64,000 nucleotides of DNA from Octopus sinensis (lineage: Eukaryota), in NCBI RefSeq assembly GCF_006345805.1, contig NC_043000.1, forward strand, positions 16,616,001 to 16,680,000, in the 5' to 3' direction. A model generated the notes under the pieces. That model did no database searches. It had not been told where the DNA came from and saw only the letters and a program-made list of their open reading frames with translations. The position numbers were made by a program, and so were the translations under genes. This document shows, one piece after another, positions 1-11,783 of the stretch (the first letter of the stretch is position 1; each line of letters starts with the position of its first letter).

Positions 1-340
1 GGCTGCAGTCAAATGACTGAAACAAGTAAAAGAGTATAGCATTTTTTGTATTGAATTAATTTATGTGTTCTCTATATTGTTTTACATCATCATTCTCTCT
101 CACACATATGCATATATCAATACATATATATGCATGTGTGTGTGTGTAATGTTGAATAAATGGTCATATACAAAAAGCATTGATCAACTGTAGCAAACAA
201 TGAGGCAAAAAAAGACAAAAATAATTATAATTATAATGGTAAAAATATGTGGGGATAAAACAAAAACTGTTTACGTGAAACATTTAGATGGCTAGATGCA
301 ACAAACAGCATAGCATAGCATCAAGAGGTTTCAACATTAC

Positions 341-403
341 CTGATTCTTCCCCATGGCCTTCAGAAGACACTGTGGTGGTGGTCGTGGTGGTTGGCTCTT
401 GAC
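341..403 (-). CDS. Internal exon, 63 nt: (G)QEPTTTTTTTVSSEGHGEES(G)
   Basis: Acceptor cttctctactagcag| and donor |gtaatg; phase 1-1; open in the frame of the upstream exon. Confidence 0.7.
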
Positions 404-1205
404 CTGCTAGTAGAGAAGGGTTTTGTCAATACACCGACTTAAACAGAAATACACAGACGAATGAAAACCCCGAAAAACAGACACCAAACAACAGTAGGGA
501 GGTAAAGAATAAAAAGTGATACAATACACACATACACATGTGAAAAGTGATACAGAAATGAAAAATAAATCAATGTGCAATATAAAACTGTTAAAAACAC
601 CCACTGGAAGATCAAAAACTGTTTAGATGACAAGAAGGAAAAAAAGAGGTCAGTTGCTAAAAAAACAAAAACAAATGTACAAAATAGAAACAATCAGTTA
701 TTTAGTTTTAGCAGGCTTTTATGGTGGTATTTAGGAATATATGAGATGAAAAACTTCAAAGACAAAAAACAATTTTCAAAAGAAACCCAGTTCGTTTTTA
801 TTTTAAAAATTGAATCTCAGTTTTAATTTTATGTCTCAAGGTTGAAACTCTGATCAGGAATATTGATCCAATGCTCTATAAATTTCAGTAAATTTAAAAA
901 AAATTATTGTTGGACACCAAATTATTCCTAGATTTTAAAAATCAGAATAATCACTACTAGATTTTAATATAGAACTGAGTTTGTTTTGTTGTTTGCTGTG
1001 ATTTTTTTTTTTTTTTTGAAGAAAAGGAAATGGAAAGAGACAGACAGAAAGAGCTTGAGAAGAGAGAACCACACACCACTATCTTTTAAATTAATGTAAT
1101 CCTTTTGACATTGTACCTCTGACAAATTGACCTGCATAGAAGGGCTGTTATTGTGGCAATACTGATCTCTATGGAGAACCTGGTACTGTTTATATATAAA
1201 GATGC

Positions 1206-1438
1206 GGTGGCGAGCTGGCAGAAACGTTAGCCCACCGGGTGAAATGCGTAGCCGTATTTCGTCTGTCGTTGCGTTCTGAGTTCAAATTCCGTCGAGGTCG
1301 ACTTTGCCTTTCATCCTTTCGGGGTTGATAAATTAGGTACCAGTTACACACTGGGGTCGATGTAATCGACTTAATCCCTTTGTCTGTCCTTGTTTGTCCC
1401 CTCTGTGTTTAGTCCCTTGTGGGTAGTAAAGAAATATA
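1206..1438 (+). mobile_element. tRNA-derived SINE, family B (about 235 bp)
   Basis: Close match to the copies at 59049 and 62740. Core GCCTTTCATCCTTTCGGGG. 15-bp TSD TATATATAAAGATGC at 1191-1205 and 1439-1453. Confidence 0.85.
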
Positions 1439-1829
1439 TATATATAAAGATGCTGTTATTGTGTAGATACAGACCTGTTACTGAGATACTAATCCCTACA
1501 CAAGGGGCTGCTATTGATACAATGTAACGAAGTATGATGATAGTAGGAATAAGACCGTTGCATAAATCAAGGGAAATGCAACATGAATAGTTCAAAATAT
1601 CCATAAACAGTTATAGGTCTACATCAAGTGGCAGCTGCCACTACTAGACAAAATGTGCCTTGTACTTTGTGAACAATACACAAATGCTCAACCCTAGCAA
1701 GACACAGGAGTATCCAAGTTGTCAGGTCACTGGATAGTCAGTTGGGTATATAAGTGAGATAAATAGATTTATGTCCAAAGAGCTGCATACCTCCCTGGAC
1801 AAAAATCTATATATGTAACTCACACATAT

Positions 1830-2290
1830 CATCATAATCATTTTAATGCCCACTTTTCCATACATGCATGGGTCAGGCAGAATTTGTAGATGCATATTTT
1901 TCTAAAGCTGCATGCTCTTTCCGTTGCCAACCCTCACCCATTTCTAAGCAAGGTAATATTTCCCACAGCTAGACAAATTTTCTACAGAAGACTGCAAACG
2001 ACCAATATCACTCGTATGAAGGCGATGCTTGCTTACACCCATAACATGATGTCATGACAAGGACAAACAGCAGCACCATTTAACATACGTTTTTCCATGC
2101 TGGCATGGGTTGGATGGTTTGACCGAAAACTGGTAAGCTGGGGGAGCTGCACCAGTTTCCAATCTGATTTGGCATGATTTCTACAGCTGGATGCCCTTCC
2201 TAACACCAGCATCAGCTACAACTATGATATCACTTGGCTTGACAGGTCTTCTCAAGCATGGCATATCACCAAAGGTCTCGGTCACTGACT
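1830..2290 (-). mobile_element. Two decayed copies of repeat family D (retroposon 3' end with GAT tail)
   Basis: Reverse complement resembles 63700-63900 (ttaggaagggcatccagc...ccatgctagcatggaaaa). Confidence 0.55.
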
Positions 2291-3429
2291 CCATGCAGCA
2301 TCACACATGTATATGATTGGCTTTTCCTGTTTACCAATTGCACTCACAAAGCTTCAGTTGGTCCAGAGCTGTAGTAGAAGACACATGCCAAAAGTGCTGC
2401 ACAGAAAGACTGAACCAGAGGCCATATGGTTGGGAAGCTAGCTTCTTAACTACTCAGCCATGTCCTTCTCTAATATGTCCTACAGAGAAAGGGTAAGAAT
2501 AATTCATTTGCCCATCACTCTACCAATTTTAGCTTAGCCACTGCCCTTAAATAATTGATAGTTACTATACAGTTGATATTTGCATTGATAGAAGAAGCCA
2601 TAACATCAAGCTTTTGACAGTGAAATGTGTGTGCATATTCAGGTGTTTCAACATAAAGCATCAGATCAAGACAAGAAGGAAACTGGATCCAAGAACACCA
2701 CAAAAAAAAAAAACAACATAGAAAGTAAACGAAAAAATTTTAAAATAAGATTTGAAAAAAACTGTAAAAAATGAAAACAGAAATTAAAAATAAATTATTC
2801 AGTGAAAAAGAAAAAAGGCAATGACAACACTCAATATTCCAGGCACAAAGCAAGCAATGGATAATAATAATAATAATAATTTTAATAATGATTTCTAAAA
2901 ATCAAGACCAATATTTCTCAGTTAAAGGCTCAATTTCAATTTTGTCTTTTCTTTTCAACCCAAGGATATTACTGGTACTTGCTAATTCTGAAGGGATTAA
3001 AGTAACAGATTGAATAAAAACTGATCTTGAAAATTGATATTTGAAATGAGAAGAAATGTGATCTAACGACATTTGTGCCTTTCTATGAAACCATTAGAAT
3101 GATTTTTTCACCTGTCCTTCGACTAATAAACAGAATAAAATATTATAGGTCCCCTAAATTTTACCTTTTCAACTGAATTGGGTTTGCACCCCTGTAGCAA
3201 ATTTTGTTCCTGCACTTATGATTACACAGAGGATTTTTCATTGATTCAAACTTCTTTTTATGCATGTGTGTATTTCTTTATCTTATGTAGTATATCTAGA
3301 ATTATAATTATTCAATGAATACTTTTATAATAGAAGAGTAAGATATAATTTGGGGAGGATTTTGTTACTATTTCTAATAGGGCAAATGATTACACAGAGG
3401 TTTATTTTGTATTGAGGTAAGTTAGTAGG

Positions 3430-3770
3430 AACAGTGAATGCACATGGTTCAGTGGTTACAGTGTCGGCTCACAATCAGGAGGTAGTGAGATTGATTCCTG
3501 GACAGGGCTGTGTGTAGTGTTCTTGAGTAAGACACTTTATTTCATGTTGCTCTACTTCACTCAGCTTTAGAAATGAGTTGCAATATCACTGGTGCCAAAT
3601 TCCATTGGCCTTTGCCTTTTCTTTGATAATATCGATGGCGTAGAGAGGGGAAGCTGGTATGTATGGGTGACTGCTGATCTTCCATAAAACAACCTTGCCT
3701 GGACTTGTGCCTCGGAGGGGAACTTTCTAGGTGCAATCCCATGGTCATTCATGACCAAAGGGGGTCTTTA
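3430..3770 (+). mobile_element. Decayed tRNA-headed SINE
   Basis: A-box-like (tggttcagtggtta) and B-box-like (gattgattcc) head followed by gtgttcttgagtaagacact. Confidence 0.55.
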
Positions 3771-4424
3771 TTCTTTACAGTAGGAACAGTAGAACAATGG
3801 ATTAAACTCTGCAGTACAGTATTCTTATTCCATCATCTTGCACTGCAAAGTACTATTAACACTAATGAGGCTGCTGTCAGAAATGAGTATCATTGATGAA
3901 GCATTGAATAAAATGAATCATGGAATTTGTTCTGGCCTTTTACATTAAGTTCAAATCCCACTGAAGATAACTTTGCCTTTTATCTTTTTGGGGGGAGGGA
4001 GTCAATAAAATAAAGTACCAATCAAGTATTACTGAAGTCCATAGTATTGAAAACTGCCATGCATGGTTGGAGGGTAAGGGGACAGGGCAAAAGGAGGCAT
4101 ACAGTTGTTCCATATGAGAGAAATGGTCTTTGGATTATTATCCAAACAAAGAAGTAGAGAAATGAAAGAAACATTCTCACTCACATTAAGCAACTGTATA
4201 CCTATTTTTGCTAACCCCTGTATATACACATACATTATATATATATATGTATATATATATATATAACCTCATGCCTAAACCAGAAACCATTATTATTATT
4301 ATTATTATTATTATAATTATTTACATGCATTTTTCCAGATACCTGGCATTTCAAAACCAGGTCAAGACCCAAGATCCCATTCCTTTGGCGTGTGTGTCTG
4401 TGTGCATGTGTAGGTGGGTGTGTA

Positions 4425-4549
4425 TATATATATAATATATTATATATATAATATATATAATATATTATAAATAATATATATATATAATATATATAAAATA
4501 ATATATATAAATAATATATATATATATATATAAATAATATATATATATA

Positions 4550-4587
<38 letters not shown>

Positions 4588-4780
4588 TATATATATATAA
4601 ATAATATATATATATATATAATATACATATAATATATATTATATATATATTATATATATATATATATATAATGTATATATAATATATATAATATATATTA
4701 TATATATAATATATATATTATATATATAATATATATATAATATATATATTATATATATATATATATATAATATATATACA
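4425..4780. repeat. Compound (TA)n/(TAA) microsatellite
   Basis: About 350 bp of almost pure A/T alternation. Confidence 0.95.
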
Positions 4781-4831
4781 CACATATGTTTGTAATTGTC
4801 ATTCAAATGTGGTTTTCTCTAATCATCTAAC

Positions 4832-5002
4832 CTTTGTCAACAGCAGCAGCAGCTTGTTGTTGTTGCTGTTGCATTTTTTGCTGATGCTTTTCGATAAAGC
4901 GGAGATAATCATCGCTTTCTTCATCATCATCGTCATGATGGGGGCTGCTGCTGTCCTCGGTGATAGTTATGGTGGGTGTTTTCCCCGCCACAGCGAGACG
5001 GG
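4832..5002 (-). CDS. Internal exon, 171 nt: (A)RLAVAGKTPTITITEDSSSPHHDDDDEESDDYLRFIEKHQQKMQQQQQQAAAAVDK(G)
   Basis: Strong acceptor ttttgttgttactttcag| and donor |gttaga; GC-richer island; phase 1-1; lies within ORF 4827..5207. Confidence 0.85.
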
Positions 5003-5350
5003 CTGAAAGTAACAACAAAAGTGACAAATGCGTACTGCCGCCTGCAACACAAATAATGGAAACAGAAAACGAAACAAAAAAAAAAAAAAAAAAGGAAGGA
5101 AGGAAGGAAGAAACCCCGGAATATATAGAATTCTGGATTATAAGCAGTTCTAATAATGTAAACATTATTGATGTCACATACTTATAGTATGTGTTTTGCT
5201 TATGCACTCATTAGCTGTGGGATAGCATCAAAGGGAAAAGACCCTTTAAAACTTGACATCTTAATGTGACTTATTCTTTTGACACTATTTAACAGCTAAT
5301 GAGCACACGCACAAAATACAAACACTGAGTTTGTGACATTGATAATGTTT

Positions 5351-5382
<32 letters not shown>

Positions 5383-6708
5383 CACACTGAATATATATAT
5401 AAATAAAACCCAGCCAACATCCTGCAAGATTGCAAGAGCCAAGAACCACTGCAACACTGTTAAGCGCAATTCAACTGAATACAAAAATAAAATACGATAA
5501 AAATAAATTGTTGAAAAAAAAAATTATGAAGCCAGAAGTACAGGCACATTAGTTTCAAATAAACATTAGCAACAAACATACAAATAAAAAGATAGTGCGC
5601 CTGAAAGACATGAGTCGTGATGGCTAAACAGAAGAAAGAATATGTTGTATGTATACACATACCAAATATATGAATTATATATATATGTATTATATATAAA
5701 TAAAACTATGTTTGCTTTCACATAAAGTTGTAATAAAAGCAATTTTACATTAAACTGAAGGATTACTCATTAATTTTTGGGGAGTATAAATTTATTTTTC
5801 TTTTATAAAAACAGTGCTGACATTAACCTCAAAATTTCAGCCTAATTGGACTAATGAAAGCTAATTGGACTAATGAAAGCTAAGGCCAAAACTTCAAAGT
5901 TACTGTCAACACTATTCTTGTAAAAGTGAATAACTATATAAATATATATGTACAAATATATAAATATGAATACATATATATGAATTTGCACATGTAATTA
6001 AATTGGTTAGTTACTCATCCATTACTGTTCAGTTTCACCAGTGTGTATTTTTGAAATAGTGTACATATATTTATATATGTTACTATGCATGCAAAGGCTA
6101 ACAAGGGAGATAAATTCAGGATTTTTCTAGTGATAGCTTCCCTTATACAGGGGAGATAAATTCTGTCAAATGAAGTAATTAAGGTGAAATTATAAAGTGA
6201 AAATTTTTCAAGTTTGTAAAATATAGAATATTAAGCTAGGAAAAATATAGTTCAAAGTATCTGGCAATATAAAATAGGAGGACTGAAATGATGTACAGCT
6301 CCTGTATATAATTCAAGAAATTTTAATCTAAATTACAAAATTGTGGTTTTGTAGTAGAGTATTAGGTAGATAGATACAGGGTGAGTGATTATGAAGAGGG
6401 CAGGTGAGAGATGACAAAGAAAAAATAAAAAGAAGAAATTAGAGAAATATTTTCAATATTTCAAGGTTAAGAATTTTGTGGGCATGACAAACGATTCCAC
6501 TATTTAAAATATGGTGACATAGACATGAGCAGTCAAACTACATACCTACACTTTATGTGGAAATTGGTAGCAAATCTAGGGTATTATTACCATACTATTC
6601 ATAATTTTTAAAAAAAATTACCAGTTTTGCCAAATTTCAAACCATTTCATTAATATGTTCCTAATCAACCAGATAAACAGAATTTTGTATGGTATTATCC
6701 ATATAAAT

Positions 6709-6767
<59 letters not shown>

Positions 6768-7430
6768 TATATGTGTGTGTGTGTGTGTTTCTCTGTCTAT
6801 CTGATAACACAAAGCTACATTTATCTATATCTATCTTTCTATCTATCTATTTCAGCCATGTTACACTTTATTATCTATTCTTTCCATCTCCCTATAATTC
6901 TCTTTTCTTCCTTCAGGTCACAACTGCATGGTTTCAGGTTCAGTCCCAATCTACGTCACCAAGGGCAAATGTGTTCTACAACAATAGATCCTGGTTGACC
7001 TTGAAATGATTTTGGTATATGGAAACTGTGTGGAAGCCTGGTTGTATACATATGCATGTGTGTGTGTATGAGAAAAAAATCAAAAGTAGGTATTAGCCCT
7101 TTTGATGAGAACCCACCTGAAATGACCCCTGGTTTTCTCATACAAATTTCCCTTTTTAAAGTAATTTAAATGAGAACCTTCCAGTAAAATTTCATGTTAT
7201 GCTTCAAACACCATGTTAATAAGAACAAAGTTAATTTAATATCTTTTGCATTCTTTTTGAAATTAATAAAAATAAAAAAAAAGCAATGTATTTCAACAGT
7301 AACAAAACGATCAATAAATAAGGCATAAATAAGACAAATTTGCAGCTGATTACACTAACAATACTAATTAGCAAGTTTAACAAATTCAGAAAAAAAACAC
7401 AAAATCCATTAATATTCATCAAAAAATAAC

Positions 7431-7469
<39 letters not shown>

Positions 7470-8159
7470 ACAACATCAACAACTATGGCAACAAGGTGAA
7501 CTATGAAACAACAAAGACCCCTACATATAGCTGGTACATCTATTATATATAATAAGGAAATCTCCCTTAAATCACATCCTACCATCTTAAAAAAAATGGA
7601 AGGACATATTGGATAATGTATTCCTTGATACACTATGCCTGAATAAGAGACGTGATGGTCATGGCTGGAAAGTCTTTGATCATAAGTTTGCTGGATAAGA
7701 TCTGACCTGGGGTTAAACAACATTAATAACAATGGCAAAAACAATCAAAATAATAATTATAGAAACATGCAAGTCAAGTTAAACAACAGAGATGGGGGTA
7801 AGATGGTAACCATGGCAACAAAATGAAAATAGGAGGTAATGGAAACAGAAACATGATGCTGAGATGAAGACATGCTGAAAAGTTAATGAATTAAAGAAGA
7901 AAACAGATAATTTTTGACTGAAAATTATAGCCAATTTCTTTGAGTAGTTGTTTTGTATATGAGTGTATATATCAGTTATTTAAATATGCATACATTTATG
8001 TACATCATAGTTTGCTAATGGACTTCTCTGTTTAAGCATGGCTACACATATAACGAATCCTTAATTAGTCTGTATCTGTTCGTTTTCTAACACCTTTTCT
8101 ATCAAAAACTGAAGAATCTCATTGGTTTATTCCTTATGAATAACTAATTATAAAACATA

Positions 8160-8415
8160 TGTGAAAGTTGAGAGTATTCTTTCAAGTCATGCTGAGGGCA
8201 AGGGAACCTCTACTGTGCTGGTGCCATGACAAAAATGCTCCTGATACACTCTCTAAAGCGTAGCCATCCATGAAGGGCATCAAGCCATAGAGCTCAAACC
8301 AAAGCAAGAAGCTGGAGCAAGGTGTGGGCCTCCAACCCATCAGATCCGGTTGAACGATCCGAGCCAAACCAGTGTGGAAAGCAGATGTAAAATGATGATG
8401 GTAATGATGATGATA
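8160..8415 (+). mobile_element. Decayed family D retroposon 3' end
   Basis: Degenerate match to 63640-63900, ending in atgatgatg. Confidence 0.5.
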
Positions 8416-9174
8416 TGACTTATATTGATCTTTCCAAGATTCTATTTTGGAGGAATCACTTGTGCCAATAATTAAACACATTTGTGGCTGTACTTATTAA
8501 CCTTTTCTTCTTCATCATCACCATACACCCCTACCTCCCGACCATTGTTTCACATCTAATTTCAATGTACCCAAAAGTCTTTTATTTATCTAGTTGAGTA
8601 TTTACTTGAGCGTCCTCTTGAGTGGCTAAAAAAAAACTGGTGAAGCTAATGTTTCAAAATTATGAAGTAAATTAAAATATATTTGCTTTTTGTTTTTAGT
8701 AGAGTAAAACACAATCAATGTGTGTGTGTGTGTGTGCAATAATGAACTACTGATGAAAGTGATGGGAAAAGAAAATCATTTGAGACCACTAGTTGCTACT
8801 TATGATACTACGGTGTTATGACAGCACCATCGGTTCAGACACCTGCTTCACTGAGAGTCCCTGGTTCTTGTTCTTTGTTTCGTTAATAGAGTGTATGTGC
8901 ACGAGTGTTTATACAGGCAAGATATTTATTGCTGTACTCCATGTAAATACAACTTTTCAAATGCTGACGACTGTCCACTCTATATCTATTAAGTAGTCCA
9001 TTTATTACATTTGGTTCCACTGATATAGCCATGCTGGCCACAAAGTTGTAGATGATAATGATGGTGATGACAATGATGATAATAATGATTTTGAGTAATT
9101 ACAAATTGATCGGTAAAGTTGTTCATATATGCTTGACATATATAATTACATATGTTATGAATATCCTGTTTTAT

Positions 9175-9336
9175 ACAAATATATATATATATATATCATA
9201 TATATACATATATATATATGTGTATATATATATATATATATTATATATATATATATATATCATATATATACATATATATATATGTGTATATATATATATA
9301 TATATATAATATATATATCATATATATACATATATA

Positions 9337-9377
<41 letters not shown>

Positions 9378-9540
9378 TATCATATATATACATATATATA
9401 TATGTGTATATATATATATATATATATAATATATATATCATATATATATATTATATATATATATATATTATATATATATATATATATAATATATATTATA
9501 TATATGTATCATATATATACATAATATTATATATATATGT
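9175..9540. repeat. (TA)n array with a ~60-bp higher-order unit
   Basis: The tcata landmark falls at about 9197, 9261, 9319, 9381 and 9439. The first four are followed by tatatacatatatatatatgtg. Confidence 0.85.
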
Positions 9541-11783
9541 TGTTTGCAAAATACATAAATCCAAAAGAAGCACACTCTAAGATGTATATACTAAAAATGG
9601 GGAAAGCTGGTTTATTGGATTATCTTAGGTTTCCTGTCCATAAAGGGTTTAGCTTTAAGATGTATCGTCAGAGTTTCAAAAACTTGTTGGCCCATGACCT
9701 GTTTAAAATATTTTCAAGAGGTCATGGGCCAGCAGGTTTTCGGGATCTGATGATATGCCATAAAACTGAACCATTTATGGATGGGAAACCTAAGGTAATC
9801 CCACAAACCATCCGTCCCCATTTTTAATGTATATATCAAACACACCCCTGTACACACAAATGCTCACACTTGCACGCATAACACACAGCTGCTCACACTT
9901 GCACGCATATACACAGCAGTACAAACGCAGATACACGCAAAATGTATGTCCATTCGAATCTGATTCAAGAATCCGTAGAAAAATTTTTACTTTACTGACC
10001 TGTCCAACCCTTAATTGCATACATAAAAACGAAGGTAGGAATGCTTAAAAAAACAAAACTAAAAAAGCAAACAAAACAAATAAAAATAAAAATCGGCAGG
10101 TAACGATTATTGATTTTGTTGTATGCATATAAAGTGTGTGTGCGTGCGTGCATTTGCAAGTGAGTGTTTTTTTATGTATTTGTATGCTACAAATGAAATG
10201 CTACAGATGAAAATAACGAAGCATAAGAGGTAATGATCTTATGGAAAATAATAATAGTAATAATGAGGAAGACACAAATGGCATGCGAAGGACAATGAAT
10301 AACAACACTAAGGCATTTTTTTTTAACAAATCAAAAAACACCACCACCAAAAGTTTGAAGAGCTTTTACTTCAATCAATGTATTAGTCAAGAAAGCTAAA
10401 AGTAATTGAATAATGCAAATGAAATATGAAGAAGCTGAGAGTAATAGTAAATAATAATAACGATGACAAATAATAGCAACATAAAGAAAAATTTTGTATA
10501 AAATACAGAAAAGGAGACATATCTAAGAATTTTATGAAAGCATGCATATCTCTGAAAATTATTAGGTTATGAATGATGTATTTAGCAGTTATTTTTATAA
10601 ATACCAGCACCGTAATGAGGCAAATACATCTTCAAAGTTGCTAGAAATATCTTCTAATGCACACTGTACTTGAGAGGGAATATGAAGAATGTCACAAAAG
10701 AATGCTTATGACCGAAAGATAGAAGCTGTGTGGTCAATGAAAAGATGGTGAAATGACCCACAAGAGGAGAAACTGTGTAACCACTGAAGAAGTAGTTGTA
10801 TAATAGTTATTGATAAGAGAGATAGAGGACTATGGAAGGGAGGACTTGATGGCTTCTGATGAGAGGGTTACATGGCCACAAGAAATAATTAGCAGGACCA
10901 CTGAAGAGGTGGTTATAGTGTTACCTATGAAATGTGTGACCACTGAATTGATGGTTATACAACTACTAGCAATCTGGCTATATAGCCACTGAAAAGAAAG
11001 GGTTATATGACTACCAAAACTATAGTCATATGTACAGATGGTCATTGAAAAGGTGATTTCATTGTCAATGAGTGTTTAGTTGTATGGCCATGAAAAGATG
11101 GTGAAGTCAACCAATATTGATCCCTCAATACAACATTCATGAACTTGTTGAAATATTTCTAAAGCATATGTTAATCAAAGACTTTTCTGGATCATCGTTG
11201 TTGTCATTAATATTGCTTACCTGATAAAGTGTCAAGCAAATGAAATCTTTGTATTGTCTTTGAGTGCCAATTCACACAAAACAAAAAAAAAAGGTGGAGG
11301 GGGAATGAATAAAAATATGTAATAAAAACAAGCCAAATAAGATGTAATAAACCAGTTTCTACACGGAAATGAAACCTGTCAGAAGTTAGAGGATGATGGT
11401 TAAAACTCTAGGAAGTGGCATCAAAGTGCAATCAGAGAAGTCATCACTCAAATGTTGACCAACAACAACAACAATCCTGGTTTTGGTGAAGATAAAGGCC
11501 TGTTTTTTCTTTTTTCCTCAGTAACAACAGTGAAGTTGTATTTCTGAGAGACACTTTGAAGAGAATGGTTAGTTAGAGCGCTTTTGCTTAAATCAGTTTT
11601 GTTTTTATACCAGAACCTTTATATTAAGCTGAGGCCAAGGTTGAAGATATCTTTCAGCAGATATTAAGAAGAGACGAAAGTGTAAGAACGTGAACAAGTG
11701 AGTGAATGAAAAAGAGAGTGACTGAGCAAAAAAAAGAGAGAGAGAGAGAGAGGTAGGCAAAAACCAGAGATCATCTAAATTAC

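Noticed and set aside
4440-9580. Ile/Tyr-rich ORFs such as 4440..4628 and 9052..9580
   Set aside because: Translations of (TA)n microsatellites.
11430-11660. Further candidate terminal exons just after the giant exon (e.g. VSLRNTT...DCCCCWSTFE*, DIFNLGLSLI*)
   Set aside because: Several AGs give mutually incompatible short frames; none can be chosen without transcript data.
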